The notes below the pieces were generated by a model. That model did no database searches. It was not told the DNA's origin and saw only the letters and a program-made list of their open reading frames with translations. Positions 55,250-64,000 of a stretch of DNA of 64,000 nt are shown piece after piece (positions within the stretch are counted from its first letter, which is position 1; each line of letters opens with the position of its first letter). A program made the position numbers and the translations under genes. The DNA comes from Octopus vulgaris (lineage: Eukaryota). The stretch is from the NCBI GenBank assembly GCA_951406725.2, contig OX597828.1, positions 39,494,001 through 39,558,000 of the forward strand. Reading direction: 5' to 3'.

Positions 55250-56772
55250 GGGTTTGTGTCCCATGGGCAGCCTTCAACTTTTTCTATCCACAAGGGATTT
55301 TTAACCCCAAATTTACATGCTGTTATTTGTAGCTATGGGCAGTGAGTGTTATTTCTTTATTGTTTATGCTTGAAATGTATAGGAAATAGCTATTATTTTC
55401 TTTAAACTTTGCTTTTGCAATCCCAGTAATGACATTTTGATGCTACAATATTCTACAACATTCTAGATAGATTCAATGCTGAATAGACGAGACAGAATTT
55501 TCTAGAACTTTCAAGCATAATCTAGAATTTTCTAGAACTTTCAAGCATAGTCTAGAATTTTCTAGAACTTTCAAGCATAGTCTAGAATTTTCTAGAACTT
55601 TCAAGAACAGTCTAGAATTTTCTAGAACTTTCAAGCATAGTCTAGAATTTTCTAGAACTTTCAAGAACAGTCTAGAATCTACTAGAACTTCTAAGAATAG
55701 TCTGGAATACTCTAGAACTTTTGAATTAGAACAGTTTAAAATTTCCTAGAACTTTCAAGAATAGTCTGGAATTTGCTAGAACTTTCCAACAGTATAAATG
55801 ATAACTTGGATACAGGACTCTTAAGCTCACATATTCAGGTTCATTCCAGCTGCCTAAATACAATTATCAGAGATGGCATCAAGAGGCTGTAAGCATTTGG
55901 CAGATGCTTTTTACTGTCTGTGGCCAATTTATCAAGATAAAAGCAAAAAAGTATTTTGTGGTAGCAACTGCCAAGACATGTTAGGCTTATAAGGCATATT
56001 TTAATATTCCTGTTGGGGATCAAGACAAATTCTGGGAACTTCATTTCATACGTAAAACACTACAAAAATACTCCAGAAGGTAAAATGTACAATTTTTGCT
56101 TGCCTCAATAGTAAAATTTTATATTATAAAATACATCAGTTATGAAATATGTTAAGAGAGCCTTTTGATGCATGATTCAGTGGTAAGAGCATCAGGCTCA
56201 CAATCATGAGGTAGTGAGTTCAATTCCCAGACCAAGTTGTGTGTTGTGCTCTTGAGTAAGATACTTTGTTTCACATTGTTCCAGTTTCACTCAGCTGTAC
56301 AAATGAGTTGCAACGTCACCAGTGCCAAGCTGGCCTTTGCTTTTCCTTTGGATAACATTGGTGGCATGGAAAGGGGAGGCTGGTATGCATGGGTGACTCT
56401 GGTCTTTGATAAACAACCTTGCCTGGACTTGTGCCTTGGGGGTGGGGGAACTTTCTATGTGCAATCTCATGGTCATTCATGACCAAAGGGGGTCCTTACA
56501 CGTTAGTCATAGGTAAGTTAAATTTATTTTTTCTTATTGACAACTTCATTTTTGCTCTTTTGCAGGATGGTATAAAGAGAGAAAAGAGAGCCACGATGTT
56601 TGCTATCACAAGAATTTGGCGTGAATTGACTAACCACTCAAACAGTTGCTACTTCTGCTTGATGGACTCTTCCAAAAGACCAGGCTAGTAAGAATATCTA
56701 GTGCCATGTATCCAGATCTTCCATTGTCCATCATCCTGGTGAAACACTCCCGACTTCCTTGGACAAGAGAGA

Positions 56773-56810
<38 letters not shown>

Positions 56811-58150
56811 AGAGGTATCAAACATATTCAGGAGAGAGTAGCAAGTCAGGTGAGGTGGGAGATGTACATACACAGCAAATTTAGAGGTGAAGCTAAGGAA
56901 AGATAAAGCTGCATTACTCCAACCAAGAAGACTCTAAAGACTTGATCAAAGACCTTGGTCTTATAAAGTCCATTGCCAAACTTCTGACATCTAAAGTGCA
57001 AGTCACAAACAAGTGGAAGCATCACCTGGGTTTTTCAAGGTTCTTCACTTGTTGAAATGGATTCTGCTTCAGCCAAAATGTGACGAGTCTATTCGAGGCA
57101 ACTGGAATTGCCTGAAGAGGTACCAAATGTGTGGAACCTCTTCATTGACAGTTCAGCCAAGAGTTCAAAGCTGTGTTGCATCATAATGAGAAAAAGTATC
57201 TGCCTCTTCCTCTGGCTGATTTAGTGTGTCACAAGATAATGGAAAAAAAAACCAAAAAAAAAAAAACCCAGCTTCAAGATCTTACTAGATGCTTTGAAGC
57301 ATAATGAGTATGCTGGGAGATTTATCAGTAATTTTACAATAATGATTATCTTGATGGGTCTTTGAAATAATTTAACCAAGTTTCATTGTTATTGTTTCGC
57401 CATTGGGACAACAGAGACATGGTCACCCATCACAGATGGCACTGGTTACAACAGACAAAGTTCCCTGTGGGAAGGAAGAAGGTCAAGTGAGGGCCATCAG
57501 TGAGCTTCTGTAAGGTGTTGCTCTCACCTCTGCACATAAAAGTGGGTCTTATGAAACAATCTGTCATGGTACTTCATAAGAAATTTGTAGTCCTTAAGTA
57601 CTTTGAAGATATCTTCCCTAAGTTATCTGAGGCAAAAATAAAGCAGGTGTTTTTGTCAGACCATAAAGAAGGTCTTGGAGTGCCTGAAATTCCCCAAGAT
57701 GTTCAGTTACAAGGAGAAAGTAACATTGTTAAAGGAATTCAGGGCTTCCTAAGCAATCACAAGGTAGAAAATTACATGGAACTGGTTGAGACTCTGATGA
57801 AGAACTGCAACAAAATGGGCAGCAAGATGTCCCTGATAAATTGAAGGAAAACATGGGAAAATACTAAGGGAATATTAAGTGTTTCTACCAGAATATGCTA
57901 GACTTAGAAGTCATTGCTAAGAAGTATTTAAAGAAAAATATGATGGCGTACTAATTTTGAGGGCTGATTACATAAAAGCCTTCAAAAATGAAATCTTGCA
58001 AATCTACTCATTTCTTAACTCTAATGTTTGCTTTTATACAACTTAATTATAAATACATATTAAATTTGATTTATATGTTGTTGTTGTTTTTGTCTGAAAA
58101 TGTGCAAACACATAAACACTTTGTAAATAACACCACCCAGGAATAAAAAG
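55250..58150 (+). mobile_element. Decayed intron-containing DNA transposon, probably CMC/Chapaev3-like
   Basis: ATG 55873 (MASRGCKH...), a GT-AG intron (~56080-56565), IWRELTNHSNSCYFC, YPDLP, LFIDSS, KVLLSPLHIKVGLMKQ, FPKLSEAK and GFLSNHKVENY. The family assignment is from recollection of these motifs; boundaries are approximate. Confidence 0.65.
55494..55786. repeat. 30-bp tandem repeat made of heat-shock-element pentamers
   Basis: Unit tctagaattttctagaactttcaagcatag; about 6 near-perfect copies followed by about 4 degenerate ones. Confidence 0.95.
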
Positions 58151-58639
58151 TGGGTTACATTAAGTTAATCTGATCCTTGATACATTAGTTGAAACATTAG
58201 CTGAAAGACAAACCCACATACAGTGATAACAGTTGGAATGCTTTTCAATCATAGCTCTTCTTGATCAAAGCTGACCTGGGGTTATATCAACCAGCAACAA
58301 CAATAAGCAAAAAGACAGCCACAGATATTTGTTGAAATGACATCTAAATGTTGAAAAATTAAACAAAAAACTAAATATTTAGACAGTTACTAAGATAAGA
58401 TGTTTGTACAAGGGAGGGAAATGACAGGCAAATTAAAGGAAGAAAAATAACACAAATACAAAAAGAAGAAAAATCCTGCAGGCAGACAAATAGTTTATAA
58501 AGAACAGAGGGAAGAGACAGTGGTCTTAGTTAAGTAGTGAGGTGGGATGAAGGAGGCTGTACGACAACATAGAAGGAGGGAGGGTGGAAAGAAATGAGAG
58601 GAATCTAATTGTATGTTAGTGAAGGATATAATTTACTAA

Positions 58640-58910
58640 GTAGCTTAAATTTCAGTTGTAAGTTGACTAAGTTAAAACTGTTCTGGGGAGATGATCCATA
58701 AACTTAGCAAATTTGTATGTTACTGAGGATAATAATTTGGAAAGTATTTTAAATCTCTCCAATTAATCTTAGCTAAGTTGACCCAATGAGGTGTCCCATA
58801 AACTTAGCAAATTGGGTGTTACTGAGTGAGGTCTTTAATCTGGAAGGTATTTCTAATCTTTCTGGGTTTAGCCCTAGCTAAGTTGACCCAAGGAGATGGC
58901 CTCTAATCTT
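58640..58910. repeat. Degenerate ~85-90 bp tandem repeat (about 3 copies)
   Basis: Recurring ctaagttgacccaa...ccataaacttagcaaatt...tgttactgag. Confidence 0.6.
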
Positions 58911-59154
58911 ACCATATCAAATAACCCCACCATTTAACCCACTGGATAATTACAAAATGTGGAAATGAAAAAGTGTTGGGAAAAATACTTTGCGGTATTT
59001 AGTTCTTTTTTTCTTTTTATATTCTGAGTTAAAATTTTGCCATAGATAACTTTACTATCTTTCTGAAGTTAATAAAATAAAATCCCAGTCAGGTACTGGG
59101 GTATAATGATGTAATTGAGTATACCCACCCACAAATTGTGAGGCCTTGAGCCTA

Positions 59155-59520
59155 TACTCTTTTACTTGTTTCAGTCATTTGACTGCGACCATGCAGGAGC
59201 ACCGCCTTTAGTCGAGCAACTTGACCCCAGGACTTATTCTTTGTAAGCCCAGTACTTATTCTATCGGTGTCTTTTGCCGAACCGCTAAGTAACGGGGACA
59301 TAAACACACCAGCATTGGTTGTCAACACAGACACACACATATATATATACATATATACGACGGGCTTCTTTCAGTTTCCGTCTACCAAATCCACTCACAA
59401 GGCTTTGGTCGGCCTGAGGCTATAGTAGAAGACACTTGCCCAAGGTGCTACGCAGTGGGACTGAACCTGGAACCATGTGGTTGGTAAGCAAGCTACTTAC
59501 CACACAGCCACTCCCGCGCC
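59155..59520 (-). mobile_element. tRNA-derived SINE family A with CORE-like segment (representative copy)
   Basis: ggagtggctgtgtggtaag (A box)...ggttcagtccc (B box)...caccttgggcaagtgtctt...ggaaactgaaagaagcccgtcg plus a microsatellite. More than 15 copies, e.g. 13985-14320(-), 17170-17570, 37920-38322(-), 38595-38755, 46360-46520, 48050-48415, 52575-53048(-) and 61690-62090(-). Confidence 0.9.
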
Positions 59521-62500
59521 TATGCTGGAAATCAATATCATTTGTTACAGTCTTTAAGTATTTTTACTGTATTATTTATTATCATCCACATCAGAGAGTC
59601 ACATGCACTGGAAAATGATAGGATCAGATATGAAAGAACCAGTTGACCTATGTTAAGTCTATTTTGCCCCCACTATATATATATCCAAGCGAATTGTTAG
59701 CACACCAGACAAAAGGCTTAGCAGCATTTTGTTTGTCTTTACATTCTGAGTCCAAATTCTACTAAGGTTGACTTTGCCTTTCATCTTTTTGGGGTCAATA
59801 AAATAAGTACCAGTTGCACACGGCAGTTGATGTAGTTGACCAGCCTCTCCCATAAAATTTCAGGCTTTGTGCCTATAAGAGAAAGGATTATATGTCTATA
59901 TGAGGCATGGTCATGTAGTTAAGAAATTCACTTCAGAATCACATGGTTTAGGATTGCTTCCAACTACATGGACCCTGTTAGCTGGTGTCTTCTATTATAG
60001 ATGCTGGTTGATCAATGTTTTGCGAATGAAATTTTGTAGATAGAAACTGGAAGAAGTTCATAGTATAAGTATGTTTTATATGTGTATGGATGAGAGAACA
60101 TGTATGTATTTCCTTTGTCTAAACATCTGTATATTGATTGCAAATAAAAATTCACCATCATACAAATGGTACCATTTGGCTATGCCTCTCAGCAAAAGTA
60201 TGTCTGGTAGTTGAACTGTTCTTTGTTCAAAGGACAAGAGGAAAGAGGCGAGGTCTGGTGAGGAGAAGAGCATCCAGCTATAGAAAAATCTATCTTAACA
60301 ACTTGTGCTTGATCCAGACAAGCATGGAAAAGTCGATGTGAAAACTATGATGATGATGATAACAACAATGACGATAATGATGAAGAACTTTCTAAACAAA
60401 ATATTAGACTTATAAGCCCTAAAATTCACTCTATAATTGCCCATATAGTGTAATGGTTATGAGTGTGGATTACTAACCCCAAGATTCCGAGTTCAATTCC
60501 AGGGAGTGCCTTGAATAAATAACAATAATAATAATGAGTGGTTGTATAAAGTCAACATAACGTGACAGTCCCGTAGAGGGAATTACATCACCGCTATATA
60601 GCCCTAAGAAGCATCAACGCTTCCTGTCGGCTTTGACACATTTGCTGTGTCCTTATATTTGCAATGGGGAGACAAGCACCCTCACCAGCTAGGACTAGCA
60701 ACCTGGAGACATGCATGTTTCTGGGTCTTGCCCGACGTCAGTCCATTGTGGCGTGTCCTCGCTAGCAGTGATACCTACCAAGCCCTTGCAAATATATCTA
60801 TTCACAGTGAAATTTATTCACTGGTGGTGGTGGCGGCAGCAGCAGCAACAGCAACAACAACAACAACAACATTATTATTATTATTAATAATAAAGATAAC
60901 ATCAGCAAAAAATTCCTTAGGAATGAGAACCCAGGGTTGGGTTCAAAATTCTACCAGGACACCTGATAAAGGCTAGAGAGTAAATAATGTAAATGATGTA
61001 CATAATAGAACATAATAGGTGCAGGTATGGCTGCATGGTGTGGTAAGAAGCTTGCTCCCCAACCACATGATTCCAGGTTCAGTCCCACTGCATGGTGTAC
61101 CTTGGGCAACTGTCTTCTACAATAGCCTCAGGCCAACCAAAGCTTTGTGAGTGGATGGAAACTGAAAGAAGCCTGTCATATATATATATATATTTTTTTA
61201 CATGCAACGCATCATAAAGCCTGCTGCTAGGTTGCTTGTGTTTGATTTTCATGTTTTCTGTTTTTTATTCTAAGGTGGTGGGGTGTGATTTGGGGGTAGA
61301 TTTGTTTGATATTCCTGGCAGGTGACAAAACTGGCTTGGTTTCCATTGTTGTTATTTGTATTTCTCACATTACATTATGCTTACGTCTTTTAGTTAAGCA
61401 AATTTTCTTTCTCATTTCTTTTTGTTTCAATAGCAATTGAAATAAACCTGAATGACTTGCTGTCTGGTGTTAACAAAGATGTCATTGCAAAGCCTTCACT
61501 TAATATTTTTTTCCCTGAGCTGCGCGTGTGTGCGTGTGTGTGTCTATATATATATATTCTATTCAGGGCAACAAAATCTATGTGACCATCACCTGCCTTG
61601 GCTGCAACGGCAGCTGCTGAGACCACTACTGAGTCATCATTGTTGTTATCATAACCACCACTACCGTCGTCATCATCATTTCATCTCCTATCTTTTACTT
61701 GATTCAGTCCTTAGACTGTGGCCATGCTGGGTCATCACCTTGAAGAATTTTTAGTTGAATGTATCAACCCTAGTGTTTACTTTTTCTAAGCCTGGTATTT
61801 ATTCTATCATTCCCTTTTGCCGAACTGTTAAGTTACGACGCTGTAAACACACCAACATTGGTTGTCAAGTGGTGATGGAGGAACAAATACAGATACATAC
61901 ACACACACACATGTATACGATGGGCTTCTTTCAGTTTCTGTCTACCAAATCCACTCACAAGGCTTTGGTTGGTCTGAGGCTGTAGTACAAGATACATGCC
62001 CAAGATGCCACGCAGTGGGACTGAACCTGGAACCATGTGGTTGGGAAGCAAGCTTCTTACCACACAGCCACGCCTGTGCCTAATGCATGCCCACTTTTCC
62101 ATGCTTGCATGGGTCAGATGGAATTTGTTGAAGTAGATTTTCTATGGCTGGTTGCTCTTCCTGTCACCAACTCTCACCTGTTTCCAAGCAACATATCTCC
62201 CCATGGCCAGACATGTTTTTCACAGAAGACTGGGAATGGAAAACCTTACTTGTATGGCAGTGATGTTCATTTACAATCAATGTATGATGTCAAGACAAGA
62301 GTACACACACATGTATATATATTTGTAGACAGACAGACAGACAGACAGACAGATAGATAGATATGACAGGCTTCTTTCAGTTTCAGAAACTGAAAGACAC
62401 CTGTGATATCTGTCTATTACAGGGCTTTGGTCAGCCTAGGTTGATGGTAGGATAGACTTGCCCAAGGTGCTGCGCAGTGATGATGTTGTTGGGGGAGCAA

Positions 62501-64000
62501 GCTTCTCTACCTCACAGCCATTCTTGCTCCTGTCTAACAAAAGCACCAAATGATGTTATAGCTATTACTCAACCACAAAAATTGACATGATGGAAATTAA
62601 AGCCTTTTCTTTTTTCTCCAGAGATTCAAAAGAAATGGCAGTTTGGTTGAGTTATGAAGGAGTTGGTCAAAATGTCTTATGATATTTATTCTGGAACTGT
62701 GCATTCTGAGTTCAAACTCTACCAAGGTCATCTTTGCCTTTTATCCTTCTGGTATAGATAAATCAATAGTTCTTAATAGAGGTCCATATGACCTTTGGAG
62801 ATCCTTATGATCCTTGGAGGTCCATATAAAATCTCATTGTCAAATTTTATGTGCAATAATTTAGTTATATTTCCTACAACACACATAACACATTTTTTCT
62901 ACACAATTCCTAACACCATTTAACTATAAAAATATAATAGGATTTTTTAAAAACATTGAATGGTTATGAGGCTCCAGTAAAGTAGGATAGGAATTAAAGG
63001 GGTCAAGAGGTAAAAAAAAAAAAGGTTTAGAACCACTGAGATAAATGATGTGCCTTCTAGGATTAGTGGAAATGTTACCTCATTGGAGGGAATGCCTTGC
63101 TGTAGGTGTTCATCTTCTTTGCATTTTGATTACAAGGTCAGCTATGGCCTAGGGGCCTAATAAGCAGAATTAATCTGTTGCCCAGTTTCATATCATCACA
63201 TGGCTCTTGGGTACTTTAAAGGAGTTTATTTTGCTGCAAGCCTTCAGATTAGGCCTCCAGTTTGAGGATACCTCTCCCTTCTTCTCTTACCAGACTCAGA
63301 AGCACTATAAAGCAGTGGTTCTCAATCATTTTTTGTCTATGGACCCCTTTTATTCCTATTTTACACTTAAATGGACTATCCTAGCCATTTGATGTTTAAA
63401 AAAAATCATATTATATTTTTATAATTAAATATTAATAGGAATTGTATAAAAAATCTGAAAACTGCAGGTATAAGTTGCTCCCCATTCACTCCATCCTGCC
63501 CCCTTTCTCAACATAGACCTAGGACTGACTATGCTAGATACTATCCTGGAAGTTGAGGGGAAATCCATAACCCTGGATAGGGGCCCATTCCAAGTACTGT
63601 CAGCAGGAGCCAGTTGAATCAATGACATAGGTAAGGCAGAGCTGTTATGTACCATATGTGCTTTAGGAATTAATAAATTTCTTTTCTGAGATAATGAATA
63701 ATGTGTTCAACATTATAGAATTTTCAAAAACAATTAGAGACTATTAAATATGATGCCTTTTTTTTGGATAACCCATTCAAATGGCCTAGCATTGACCTGG
63801 GTTCCTTGTGGCTGCCGTTACTGAAGAATTGAACTAAAATGCCCTCATCTGCTTTGTTTAGGAAAACAGGATTTCTAAGTGCATTATCTTAAGATAAGGT
63901 ACATATCTGAACATTGTCCAAACCTCATAATCTAAATCATATATCTTTGACAAATATCTAATCTTATCCCATTCTATTGTATCTTATCTTCATTAATATT

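Noticed and set aside
63425-63655. Upstream INTS14 exon
   Set aside because: No match to the expected SYAQ..VWIKPSGLQ segment and no fitting splice sites; the exon is probably beyond the window.

Overview
AT-rich animal genomic DNA dense in microsatellites and tRNA-derived SINEs; the repeat families suggest an octopus genome (inference, no search run). Three host genes can be reconstructed. (1) A two-coding-exon Bcl-2-family gene on the minus strand (13205-12690 + 6002-5898, ~206 aa). It has the family-typical phase-0 intron in BH2 (GGW|DGFL), a non-canonical BH1 (HWRR instead of NWGR) and a clean CCAAT/GC/TATA promoter. (2) A divergently oriented plus-strand 91-aa ORF (25612-25887) with plausible spliced 5'UTR exons and two tandem BH3 motifs (LRLLGDSF and the BMF-like RKLQLIADKF), a candidate molluscan BH3-only gene. 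(3) The last two exons of INTS14 (minus strand). The rest is SINEs plus RTE, Penelope, Tc1/mariner, hAT-like, Chapaev-like and Helitron remnants. The top hunt results are the head-to-head Bcl-2 / double-BH3 pair, a tandem 336-bp repeat carrying hammerhead ribozymes, and a heat-shock-element array directly in front of a transposase TATA box.
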